DNA from: Epithemia pelagica
Lineage: Eukaryota > Protista > Bacillariophyta
Length of the DNA stretch: 64,000 bases
Assembly: GCA_946965045.2 (NCBI GenBank)
Contig: OX337241.1
Span: 496,001 to 560,000, forward strand
Direction: 5' to 3'
Position numbers and translations under genes: made by a program. Every line of letters begins with the position of its first letter. Positions within the stretch are counted from its first letter, which is position 1. Shown piece after piece: positions 11,525 through 23,238 of this stretch. The notes beneath the pieces are model-generated. The model searched no databases. It had not been told where the DNA came from and saw nothing but the letters and a program-made list of their open reading frames with translations.

Positions 11525-12751
11525 ATGCCGTAAGTTGCCACAAGTCTACTTGGATCAAATGCATAACAATGCACGATGTATGATTGTCTAGGGGAAACAG
11601 CGTGAGTGTGAGACAACCAACGAGAGACAGGCCGTGTCTTGTTGGTTCGGCTTCAGCTCCCTCGTAGAATTCGATAAGCCATGTCATGCCATTGTCGTTT
11701 CCTCACATTGTGCCTTGTTTCATGATTGCAGAACTCGTCGAGGAGCCGACGATACCTGTTGCAATGGCAAATGCATCTGTTGTCCGTATGGAGTTACCTT
11801 TATTGCACCATGTATATTGGGAATTATCGGCATGGTCTGCACGTGGAGCTCCACATGGGGCTGCAATTACTTTGAAACTACCTTTCCGGATACACCCAAT
11901 CTCACCAATCGATTTTCCGTGGGACCTTGGACGGTCGAAGACTTTGATCTGGTCGGTCGTGATAAAATCATTATCCATGGTGACAATGGCGACAATGACG
12001 ATGAAGGATGTATTGGATGGTACGAACACGATCATGTGACAGGCGATTGGATTGATGCTCCCATCAAGTTTGTTCGTGTGATTAGCATGCTGGCGGCCTT
12101 TGTGTCACTCTTTTTCTGGCTTCCTCTCATGATGGGAGGTTGCATGGTGCTCGGACCAGAAGTGTTGAAACTCATGATTTTCATCTTTGTCTTTGTGGCC
12201 GTTTCCTCCATCCTCACGCTGGTACGTGGTCTAAATCCTCCTATGAAAGCTGTTGTTCCTGAATCTTTTCTTTCTTGTTTGTTTGGTTCGTATCTGGATA
12301 TTCGTTGGAACCGTTGGTGGGCGTGATATATATATCTATACAGGTCATGTTGGCATCCGATTTGTGTCAGGATGGCAATGACTGTGAAATGGAAGGATCG
12401 GGCGTTATGGCCATTTTGGGCTTTGTCTTTTGGATTGCCACGGCTGCGGTCATTCCTTGTATGCGCGAACGACCCACGCGATCCGGCAATCCTCCTCCTC
12501 CTGCCACTGCAGCAGCAGCGGATCCAGAGGCGGCGGCCGCGGAATCCTTGACCAATACGGTGGAACAAACCGTGGTGGAAGAAGATGGTAGCGTGGTCAA
12601 AATCCTTACCAAAACAACGACTGATATCAATGGCAATCAAACAGTCACCGAAACACGACAAGTCATCCAACCTGCTTCTGCCGTCGTCGCCACCGCAACG
12701 TTGCAAGACGTGGATATTCCCGTGACCAGTGTCCAGGCCATTACGGATTAA
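11525..12751 (+). CDS. Cys-rich 4-TM claudin-like protein, paralog B; join(11525..11529,11732..12221,12344..12751)
   Basis: 5-nt exon ATGCC|GTAAGT, acceptor TTGCAG(11731), intron 2 GTACGT(12222)..CAG(12343). In frame and highly similar to A. Confidence 0.82.
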
Positions 12752-13257
12752 AAATCGTCGACACACATATGGCTCGTCGTGTGTGGCGACCTTGCAGATG
12801 TGTCTTTGGAGCTTCGTAGAAAAAAAAGAATCGTTACATGTCATTGAGTGTGGATTGGTACCAAGGAGCTGAATGGCGTGGCGTCGATCCAAGGTGTTGG
12901 ACCAACCACAGACAGTTGCTGATGGGGACCTTGAACACACCAAAGAGGTTGCCGCAGCAGCGGAATGGATAAGATTGAATATTCAGGGGGACGGTTGGGA
13001 CGACGACTGCAAATGTCGCAGTGGAACGAGGACGGGGTTTTTCGTTGTCCCTGCAGCAGCAAAACGAATAGTTGCGTCTTGGGGAGATCCAATCCTCTAC
13101 TAGAGTAGTAGTAGTAGTAGCAGAGGTTTTCTAAACGGTAGATCCACACAATTCTAAACGTTGCGACTTTTTCTCTCGTTTTAGTTTTTGTCCAACCTGG
13201 ATCACCCACAACCACTCCACCCAAAATAACGTCGTTGTCGTTGTCGTTCTTGTCTCT

Positions 13258-14625
13258 TCATTCTTCGTCTTGGTCTTGGTTGTGGTTGTCGGGTGGTCGA
13301 CGTCCTTGGGTCACGACTTGTGCAATGCGATGGATCGTTTCTGTACAGGGCTCGGCCTTGTGATTGAAATAGGCTTCGACCGTCACCAGAGCAGAGTCGA
13401 CACCGGCTTGGGCCAAGCCCTGTTTCCATTCGTGAATCATTTGACCATTGCCAATCAAGTGATAATGCGTTTCCGTCACGGTACAAAAGGGCGTGGGTGA
13501 TGGTGCCACTGCCAGTGGATTGGGAGGAGTCGTCGTTTCGTCCTGGTTGTGGTTGTCCTCGTCCATGGGGAGGACTTCTTCTTCGGGTGGGGGTGGAGGA
13601 CGATGCAACAGATAGTGTTGCAACCGTTCCATTGAAGATGCGATTCGTCCCGTTGGCTCCGTATCGTTGTCGTCGTTGTCACTACTAGTGCGTGTCACGA
13701 GTGGTGCAAACCGGAATCGATCGGGGGGATCGCACGAGGAGGCCCACATGTTCAAATAGTCGTGATACAAGATATCGTGGACGGTGCGAAAACTGGCCAC
13801 CAAATCAATGTGTTTAAGGTGCGATTTCAAGGTGGGATCGTAGACCAATTGTTCCATGGCACCGACACAGGGACCAATGCCCACGCCGGTGGAAATCAGG
13901 ACGAGGCGTTTGACTGTAGGATGGACAATGCCTTGGACAATGGGAACATGAAATTGACCACCGATGCGCAATCGCGTTTGCGGCGGTGCTTGCGCCAAGG
14001 TGCGCGATTTCAACCCCACGGTTTGAATCAAAATGGTGAGTGTATTGGCATTGGCACTACTAATGGTATAGGGACCCCGCATCCACCCATGGTTGGTGTG
14101 GGCATCCCGAATCGTCTTTTGTTGTTTTTCGTCAGTTTTGTCGTCGTCATTGTCCAAGACGGCCAAACTCAGGGGCACTTCCAAGGCCACGACATGTCCG
14201 GGAAGGTAGGTAAAGGGTAGGGGATCGTTGTCCACGTCGCGATCCAAATGCAACAAGACACTGGAACTATTGCCAATGGCTTCGGCGCGAAACAAAATGA
14301 CATCTCGTGTCGTATACGACGGAGGACCACTGCTGTTGCTGTCATTACTACTGTCGTTGCTGTTGCTTTCAGTGTTATCGTCATTAGCTCCATTGGCGGT
14401 GGTGGTGATATCCGTCGTGGAGTCACTGCTCATGCCAAGCCGAGCGCATGGTGTTCTTTTTGTGGCTGTGTCGTGGTGACACGCGACCCTTGCTCGTGGA
14501 TGATTGGTACATGGAACAAGAGTCGAAAAGGCCATGGTGAATGGTGGTTGCATCCATAGTAGTAATAGTAGGATCGGGAGAATGAGTGTTGCCACTCGCC
14601 CGTCCACAGTCGGTTTCCTCCTCAT
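13258..14625 (-). CDS. Ferredoxin-NADP reductase-like FAD/NAD(P)-binding oxidoreductase, likely plastid-targeted
   Basis: FAD-binding RGPYTISS (RxY[ST]) and NAD-binding LISTGVGIGP motifs. A hydrophobic signal followed by MA-F-S resembles the ASAFAP-type diatom plastid targeting motif. Confidence 0.75.
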   Translation of the reverse strand: MRRKPTVDGRVATLILPILLLLLWMQPPFTMAFSTLVPCTNHPRARVACHHDTATKRTPCARLGMSSDSTTDITTTANGANDDNTESNSNDSSNDSNSSGPPSYTTRDVILFRAEAIGNSSSVLLHLDRDVDNDPLPFTYLPGHVVALEVPLSLAVLDNDDDKTDEKQQKTIRDAHTNHGWMRGPYTISSANANTLTILIQTVGLKSRTLAQAPPQTRLRIGGQFHVPIVQGIVHPTVKRLVLISTGVGIGPCVGAMEQLVYDPTLKSHLKHIDLVASFRTVHDILYHDYLNMWASSCDPPDRFRFAPLVTRTSSDNDDNDTEPTGRIASSMERLQHYLLHRPPPPPEEEVLPMDEDNHNQDETTTPPNPLAVAPSPTPFCTVTETHYHLIGNGQMIHEWKQGLAQAGVDSALVTVEAYFNHKAEPCTETIHRIAQVVTQGRRPPDNHNQDQDEE

Positions 14626-15222
14626 GTCCTCTTTTTTCGTGGTACTATCACCAAATAAGACGATTGGGTAGCTACGATTTGGAACGCAGTCCTCTTGTGC
14701 TCGAATAGAGACTGAGAATCAAACTATGTCCAAGCTCCAATGTCGTCCAACAACAGAGAGAGAGATGGTCGATGAGATGGATCGGAAGATGTGGGGCGCC
14801 CCAAGCTGGGCGCACCTCCACCCGACCGCAGCGACGGACGGACGGAGGACGAAAATCCATTCACGAAGGACGATGGAAGGACGGACGCCATCGATCCATT
14901 CACGAATGATGCATTGAGATGGACACCACATCATGAACTGCACCACAGTAGTGGACTCTAGGATCGCAGGAGACCGTTGTTCCCCCACGATTCACGATTC
15001 TACCTCCCGTTCCGTACGTTACTTGACATATAGCTACGGATATAGATTATAGTTACGAGTGACTTGCCGACGGTGTCACGTCTCTTTTCACATCGTTCTG
15101 CTACTCACCAACACATACACACAACACAACGACACCTGTGTGGACGACCACCTTGGAAACATGCATGGAGGATTCTTGGGTTTACCAAAAAACAGGAAGG
15201 AACTTCACCCAACGACCGTTCT

Positions 15223-16394
15223 CTACTCCTGGACGGCCTCGGCACTGGCGACGGGAATGTCGGCATCCTTCACCTCACCGGCTGCTTCAACGACTTCTCG
15301 CGTTTCCGTCACGGTTTTATTGCCCTCCGCATCTGTCGTGGTTGTGGTACTGAGTTTGACCTTGGAGCCATCTTCTTCGACAATGGTTTGTTCGACGGTA
15401 TTGGTCGTGGCTTGTTCGGGAGGAGCCGCCGAAGCAGCCGCAGCCGTCTCGTCGCTACGGGAGGCATTCTCTTCGGTCATGCAAGGAATGACCGCAGCCG
15501 TGGCAATCCAAAAAGGAAAGCCTAAAATGGCCATCACGCCATTTCCTTCCAATTCACAGTCATCGCCATCCTTGCACAAATCCGATGCCAACATGACCTG
15601 TCGAATCATGCAACCACAACAACAAAAACAACAATCATACCGCAAAAGAGAGTCACCATAATATTAGAAGACAATAGAGTCCACACAGAGGAACGACTCT
15701 CGTTTCATGTTCATGGTATTGATCGTACGTACCAAGGTGAGAATGGAGCAAATGGCGACAAAGCCAAAAATGGGAATCATGAGTTTCAACAAGGTGGGTG
15801 AGAGGACCATGCAGCCTCCAATCATGAGAAAGACCCAAAACAAGAGAGCCACCAAATACGAAATCATGGAAATGACTCGGACAAAGGTAATGGGTGTATC
15901 AATCCAATCGGCCGTCACCCTGTCATGTTCGTACCAGCCCTTACAATTGTCACGGTCGACTATTTGACCGGCGCGGAAATTGAAATCTTCCACCGTCCAG
16001 GGTCCGACGGAAAACTTGTTGCGGGTGTTGAAGGGTGTCAAGGGATAGGTGGTTTCAAAGTAGTGACATCCAAAGGTCGATGACCAGGTGCATGCCATGG
16101 CGACAATTCCCAATATACATGGTGCAATAAAGGTAACTCCATACGGACACAACTGGCACATGCCATCGCAACACGTATCGTTGGCGCCTTGTCGACTAAG
16201 AATAATAAGAAAAGGCAAGACGAGAAGAAAACATGTAAGTTTGCGGCAAGCAACAGATATTTTGAAAATACTACAAAGCGCTCTTTTCAACGCAGGTGGA
16301 CGCCTGGTTTCGGTTCCTTCTGCAGACACCGTCGACTGCCATGCTGGGAAGCAACAAGATACTGCTTCATGTAGATGCTAGTGACTTACACCAT
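15223..16394 (-). CDS. Cys-rich 4-TM claudin-like protein, paralog C; complement(join(15223..15597,15733..16195,16390..16394))
   Basis: 5-nt exon ATGGT|GTAAGT, acceptor CTTAG(16196), intron 2 GTACGT(15732)..CAG(15598). In frame, with the same motifs as A and B. Confidence 0.82.
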
Positions 16395-16539
16395 TGTTTC
16401 ACACTCAATTCACTTGGATGATGGTGCAAGGAAGAATCCAGCTTTGTTGTTTCAAAGCGCTTTCGTTGGGGTTGGGTTTTGTGTCGCTTGGATACACACA
16501 ATCTTTGGCCAGTTCCGACTGTGTTTTCGGCAAAAGGGC

Positions 16540-16610
16540 TCCGGGGGACGAAAAATTCCACCGTGACAGCGTAGTATTATCTATCGTGGTGGAATTTTTC
16601 GTCCCCCGGA
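16540..16610. repeat. Perfect 23-bp inverted repeat with 25-nt loop
   Basis: TCCGGGGGACGAAAAATTCCACC (16540-16562) and GGTGGAATTTTTCGTCCCCCGGA (16588-16610). Confidence 0.92.
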
Positions 16611-16774
16611 CCCCGTATGACGTTGCATGCATCTCTCGTGCAAAGAACATGATATGTCGTGGCGGATTTTGGATTTTTGGTGGCCTGTGGCCTGTTCTCT
16701 TCTTCAGGCAGATAACACTTCTCATTCAGCCAATCCCGAACAGGCCGAAAGATATTGTAAGATATATACATCAT

Positions 16775-19700
16775 CCCTCGGTATCAGTGTCCACTGCTTA
16801 GCTGTTTTTTGTCTGTGCCACCTTCACAGGTTCCCAGGTGGACACAGACAGCATTTTTCGTTTTTCGTCTGTCTGTCTAACCATTAAAATTCCTCAGGGT
16901 TGAAGCAAGGCCAGCGTGCAAATGACAGTTGACGGTTGGTGGTTGTCCTCGCCGGGTCACCACGATTCAAATTTGGGCATCCATCATCATCTCGACACCT
17001 GTCACAAAAACCCAAAACCGAGCCAAATGCTTGACCATGACGTCGGTGAGTACTTATCTTGTTGTCTCTTTTCCCTTTTTCTCACGCATCACTGCTGCAG
17101 CTGTCTTTCCTATTGTTCTTGCATGATCCTTTACTTTTGTCTCATTTCGTACGAGTAGATGACAAGCCGCCAGATGTCAACTGGAATATCTTTTCCTTGT
17201 CGTAATCGTTTGTTGTTTGATTGTTTTTTGGCTACTGTCATATGCTCTATAGGATAGATTATTCTCTCTCGTCTCTCATCATAGCGTCATTCTCAATCAT
17301 TTCTCAACGATGTTGTTTTTGCATCAAATAGATGGGAAGCCATCTTGCCACACCCTACTGACCAATTATCATATCCTACCTAGGTAGGTAGTCGACACAG
17401 AGTGCTCAAAGTGAGCGGTACAAGCTTGTGAGAGCTGTTCTGTTGTGTTTTCATAGCGAAACTGAGGGTCATCGTCGTGCTCACAACAAAGAACAAAGCT
17501 GCAACGAATTCACAAGGCTCAAAAGTCTCATGGATGACAAGCACTGGCGTTCTACTACTAGTAAATAAACAAAAGAATATCTAGAGTATAGAGTTTTTTT
17601 AATGCAATCAAAGTTATGGCGCTCAGCAAAAACCAGTCATTTCTGTTCGACAAGAATGAACAATAAGAGTAATGAGCTGCCCAGCGACTTAACAGATGAG
17701 TAGCGTCTCCCACAAGCAGAGCAAACAAAAGTGGCAAGTGGCAGTGAGCATGAGTGATGTCATTGACAACATGGCAATTGGCAATGGATCAAGCTCACCT
17801 GGAAAGCCAGTAACATTCGTAAGCAGTAAGTACGATGTGCTTTGGCAAAAGAAAAGAGAATTGTGAGCTTGCCCCGAATTAGGCAACAACCAACCGTCAT
17901 CCACGCAGGGGACGCTTGCTGGGCTTGCGTCCGTTTCAAACGTCGAAAAGTTCAGCTGGGCATGCGTGCCAATTTGCAATTGGATAATTTCTATTTGCAT
18001 CAAAAGCAGAAAATGCTGTCTGTGTCCACTTGGGAACCTGTGAAGGTGGCACAGACAAAAAACAGCTAAGCAGTGGACACTGATACCGAGGGATACCCAA
18101 TACGAGCTCGTACCTCGTGCTTCCTGTAATACAGAAGCTCTAGGAAAACTACAACAACATGGAAAAAACTTCGATATGATCCATAATATATGACGAAAGG
18201 TCGACCCCATGACAATGATCCCTCGGTATCAGTGTCCACTGCTTAGCTGTTTTTTGTCTGTGCCACCTTCATAGGTTCCCAAGTGGACACAGACAGAAAA
18301 TTTCCTTTTTGACGCAAATGGAAATGACTAAATTGCAAATTGGCACGCATACCCAGCTGGAGTTTTCGCAGTTCATGAAACTGACGCATGCCCAGCAAGC
18401 GGCCCTGCGTGGATGACGGTTGCAGAATGCGCCATCCAAATTCCAAATCCCCCATAAAATCACACAGAGGCCATCACCCACAATGGCATGGCATGAATTG
18501 TCGCCTTTCATGCAGTTGAGGTAAGTTTGAACATACAAAAACGTCTCCATGACAACAACAGCTTTTGAACTGTCATTCTAACTTCTCCCTCACACTTGTA
18601 TTCGTTTTTCTCTTCTGATATTCAACATTCGACAACTGTCATGCTGGACTGAACCGTTTCTCTCTATTGCTGCTTATTACTTATCTTGTGGTCTCTTTTC
18701 CCTTTTTCTCACGCATCACTGCTGCAGCTGTCTTTCCTATTGTTCTTGCATGATCCTTTACTTTTGTCTCATTTCGTACGAGTAGATGACAAGCCGCCAG
18801 ATGTCAACTGGAATATCTTTTCCTTGCCGTAATTGTTTGTTGTTTGATTGTTTTTTGGCTACTGTCATATGCTCTATAGGATAGATTATTCTCTCTCGTC
18901 TCTCATCATAGCGTCATTCTCAATCATTTCTCAACGATGTTGTTTTTGCATCAAATAGATGGGAAGCCATCTTGCCACACCCTACTGACCAATTATCATA
19001 TCCTACCTAGGTAGGTAGTCGACACAGAGTGCTCAAAGTGAGCGGTACAAGCTTGTGAGAGCTGTTCTGTTGTGTTTTCATAGCGAAACTGAGGGTCATC
19101 GTCGTGCTCACAACAAAGAACAAAGCTGCAACGAATTCACAAGGCTCAAAAGTCTCATGGATGACAAGCACTGGCGTTCTACTACTAGTAAATAAACAAA
19201 AGAATATCTAGAGTATAGAGTTTTTTTAATGCAATCAAAGTTATGGCGCTCAGCAAAAACCAGTCATTTCTGTTCGACAAGAATGAACAATAAGAGTAAT
19301 GAGCTGCCCAGCGACTTAACAGATGAGTAGCGTCTCCCACAAGCAGAGCAAACAAAAGTGGCAAGTGGCAGTGAGCATGAGTGATGTCATTGACAACATG
19401 GCAATTGGCAATGGATCAAGCTCACCTGGAAAGCCAGTAACATTCGTAAGCAGTAAGTACGATGTGCTTTGGCAAAAGAAAAGAGAATTGTGAGCTTGCC
19501 CCGAATTAGGCAACAACCAACCTTCATCCACGCAGGGGACGCTTGCTGGGCTTGCGTCCGTTTCAAACGTCGAAAAGTTCAGCTGGGCATGCGTGCCAAT
19601 TTGCAATTGGATAATTTCTATTTGCATCAAAAGCAGAAAATGCTGTCTGTGTCCACTTGGGAACCTGTGAAGGTGGCACAGACAAAAAACAGCTAAGCAG

Positions 19701-21246
19701 TGGACACTGATACCGAGGGATACCCAATACGAGCTCGTACCTCGTGCTTCCTGTAATACAGAAGCTCTAGGAAAACTACAACAACATGGAAAAAACTTCG
19801 ATATGATCCATAATATATGACGAAAGGTCGACCCCATGACAATGATCCCTCGGTATCAGTGTCCACTGCTTAGCTGTTTTTTGTCTGTGCCACCTTCATA
19901 GGTTCCCAAGTGGACACAGACAGAAAATTTCCTTTTTGACGCAAATGGAAATGACTAAATTGCAAATTGGCACGCATACCCAGCTGGAGTTTTCGCAGTT
20001 CATGAAACTGACGCATGCCCAGCAAGCGGCCCTGCGTGGATGACGGTTGCAGAATGCGCCATCCAAATTCCAAATCCCCCATAAAATCACACAGAGGCCA
20101 TCACCCACAATGGCATGGCATGAATTGTCGCCTTTCATGCAGTTGAGGTAAGTTTGAACGTACAAAAATGTCTCCATGACAACAACAGCTTTTGAACTGT
20201 CATTCTAACTTCTCCCTCACACTTGTATTCGTTTTTCTCTTCTGATATTCAACATTCGACAACTGTCTCTCTCTCTGTCCACTTCATTGAGAGTGAATGT
20301 TTGTGCCTATGGAATGTCAATTCTCCATTCGAGCCTCGGCTTAAAATTGGAGACCACATAGAGCTTCTTTCTTTGTATACTACTCCTAGGAGTTTCTATC
20401 AGAAGTTTATTTCCTATCTTATTGATTTTGTAAGATCGTGCGTGTTATTGCCGTGCTTTCAACCACCATGACACTCTGGTGAAGGTTTGGGGCCATCTTG
20501 AAGCAACTGATCGACTCTGTGATCTACGAAGACTAGTTTGAGTAGGCCTAGTGGCAACAAGCTGCCTTAGTTTGTTGTCATCTCTAGGTCTATGTACTTG
20601 AGTATCCGACACACAAAGAAAGGTTCTTGATCTGTGATCGACATGGAGATGGACTAAGCAAAGCACAATGATGAGAGTAAAAATCCATGCTACAAAGATA
20701 AGAACACAACCAACATTCAAGGAGCACTACGATTAGAGCAAGGAAAAGTTGTGGCAAACGGCCTACAATGACTTGTCCTCCGTTTGATTGCGACAAAATC
20801 AAAGGAGCACCAACCATCAGCATTAACAGGGACAAAGATTAATGAGATAACGTGTGAGAAAACTACGCAGGACATGAAAGAAGCTAAGAGACAAACAACA
20901 AGCAACAAGAGAGAAAAACCAACCAAAATACTGCTTCAGGTCGCAAGGCTTCATAAAGAGCTCGCTTCATGGTCAATGTCGAATGTCGATGCTTTTGACA
21001 CCGCGTGAGATTTTTGTGACGAGACGAGAGTCGTGTGAAAGGATTCCAAATTTGAATCGTGGTCACGGTCACAGGAAGATGCTAACCGCCAGCTGTCACT
21101 TGCACGCCGGCATTTCCACCAGGATGAGGAACTATATTGGTGAAAAGGACAGACGAAAAGTGAAATTTTCTGTCTGTGTCCACTTGGGAACCTATGAAGG
21201 TGGCACAGACAAAAAACAGCTAAGCAGTGGACACTGATACCGAGGG
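16775..21246. mobile_element. Array of non-autonomous TIR DNA-transposon (MITE-like) units with CCCTCGGTATCAGTG termini
   Basis: An ~80-bp terminal motif (CCCTCGGTATCAGTGTCCACTGCTTAGCTG...GTGGACACAGACAG) occurs six times in alternating orientation: left ends at 16775, 18220 and 19847; right ends at 18092, 19719 and 21246. No transposase ORF is present. Confidence 0.7.
17051..20267. repeat. Near-identical 1,590-bp tandem duplication (17051..18640 and 18678..20267; offset 1627)
   Basis: The copies match except for scattered SNPs (e.g. ACCGTC/ACCTTC, GAACATAC/GAACGTAC). The spacer is 37 bp, and the ORF track shows duplicated ORFs at +1627. Confidence 0.95.
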
Positions 21247-21631
21247 TTTAGGATACAGTGATCTCGGGAATTCAGATACGTTTCAATTCTCAATATGAAC
21301 ATATTTAGACGCACGGAAATACAATACAAGTGTAAGAGAAGAGGCTTGGTGGGCTATTCAGAATTACACGTCATAACTAATATCAAGCTCATTCTTACAA
21401 TATGGTCCATGATAGGACGAAGTAATTTAAGGTATGCCACCCCGCGCGCTGGAAGTACGAGAAGCACGAAGCACGAAATGGGGGATGTACAGTAATTGTA
21501 CAGCGCATAGGTCGGACGCATCGATGTCGACGCGAGAAAAGATGACACTCATTCAGTCCCGCGTCTCGAATCGCGAAGATCGAGAAGCCGAACCAAACCA
21601 ATAATAATCTAGGGTCGTAAAAAGATGAATA

Positions 21632-22021
21632 AAAAGGGTTGCCCTCGAATTGATGATGGTGCCAGATCTTTTGTCCGACCCCCGAAAAAGATTGTTTGTC
21701 CTCTTGACGAAAGTATCTGACACACACACTTTGAGCTGGATCTCTGAACGGGAGGTGAATTAATTCGGGGGACGTCGGTCGGGATTCAATTTATGTGCTT
21801 CCGCTGCATTCCGACAGGGGCTGACATGAGCGGATGGGGCATATGAAAATATGGGGGGAGTGGTCTGATGAGTCTTGGGTCTTGGGGGACACACAGAAAC
21901 GGAAGAAATAAAAAGGGTTGCCCTCGAATTGATGATGGTGCCAGATCTTTTGTCCGACCCCCGAAAAAGATTGTTTGTCCTCTTGACGAAGTATCTGACA
22001 CACACACTTTGAGCGGGATCT
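21632..22021. repeat. ~112-bp direct repeat pair (21632..21743 and 21910..22021)
   Basis: AAAAGGGTTGCCCTCGAATTGATGATGGTGCCAGATC...CACACACTTTGAGCNGGATCT occurs twice, ~278 bp apart. Confidence 0.9.
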
Positions 22022-22365
22022 GAAATGTTTTTATCATAAACATCACCGGTACAGAGTACAGAGCTATGTCATATGTCATCAGTTTGGAATGATGTCATAA
22101 CAAATCAAAATCCGAACCGGCATTCTGGAAGGAGGGAGGACAGACGGATCCGTCTGTCAAGGTCCGGACCTCAAGGACAACAAACTACATTAGGGATAAA
22201 GGATAAAAATCTATGCAATAGGCCCTTCTGCACCACCGGTACAATAGATAGATTATGGCCTGTTTGAGAGGCTTTCAGAATTTCACAAGGCTCCTAGAGA
22301 CTACAAACTATATTCCATCTCGACCTCTGTTGTTTCTGTTGGTAACCCCTCCTCCGGTGCAGTGC

Positions 22366-22854
22366 ATGATGACGGGGACAAACTCCCAACCGACAACTAC
22401 TTCTAGAATGGAGGAAGAGGAGCAAGAAACCACAAAGGAGGATCCTCCCGCAGCAGTCGTTCAGCAAGAAACCACCACCAAGGAGGAGGATGCTCCCCCA
22501 GCAACAGCAGCCGACGCAGCAACAGCCGTTGTCGAATATACCATGGACGACTGCAATGGCCATGCCGACGCGGACGATTTTTGGGCCGTGGTGGATTCCT
22601 ACGTGTTGGATTTGTCGGCCTTTGTCCGACATCATCCCGGCACCCTGAAACGACTGGTCCAGAAACGCCACGAGTTGGGACATTGCGATTTATCCCCACA
22701 CTTTTTGGATCATTTCAAACATACCGTCACAACCTTTCGAACGGCCTGTCAAGAATATGACCAGAAACAACAACCGGTCCACTTTTCCTTTCGGGAAACC
22801 AAAGACTTGAAGAAGGATGTTCAAGTGACTATAATTGGCAAGGTCAAAAAGTGA
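22366..22854 (+). CDS. Cytochrome b5-like heme/steroid-binding domain protein
   Basis: YTMDDCNGH...FWAVVDSYVLDLSAFVRHHPG fits the cyt-b5 pattern (W..I.G.VYD...F...HPG). Acidic N-terminal linker; start codon uncertain. Confidence 0.72.
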   Translation: MMTGTNSQPTTTSRMEEEEQETTKEDPPAAVVQQETTTKEEDAPPATAADAATAVVEYTMDDCNGHADADDFWAVVDSYVLDLSAFVRHHPGTLKRLVQKRHELGHCDLSPHFLDHFKHTVTTFRTACQEYDQKQQPVHFSFRETKDLKKDVQVTIIGKVKK

Positions 22855-23238
22855 AATACTTGTCTCGGAGGCACGAGTCACAAAGAAATCAAACATTCTC
22901 GAGATCCAGAATCGACAGTCCATCGGCCCAATCCATGGTGTATCCCAAATGTTGCAATTAGTGTCAGATATAGTACACATTCTACAATGTGCATTGTTCA
23001 ACCGTGAACAACATGTAACAATGATAACTACAAATTACAAATGAATGAGTTCATGATGAGAGTGGATACTATACACACCGCCAAAGGAGCGAGGAGAAGG
23101 AGACATCACAGCGTATATGTCAAAAAGCGGTCCTTCCAACAAGAACACTCTCTCTCCAGTATCGTGTCGTTGACCCAGGTACACCTTGCTTGGTTGGAGG
23201 CGCAGTGTTCCATGAACGAAAGTGACACACATTTTTCC

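Noticed and set aside
15664-16329. ORF-track N-termini of the claudin-like genes (e.g. MSAEGTETRR..., MSCWFGFSS..., MNATIAPT...)
   Set aside because: These read through intron 1 from non-ATG starts; the micro-exon models explain all paralogs consistently.
17689-20177. Duplicated ORFs of 70-173 aa in the TIR array as genes
   Set aside because: They lie across inverted repeats, have no recognisable motifs, and recur only because the DNA is duplicated.
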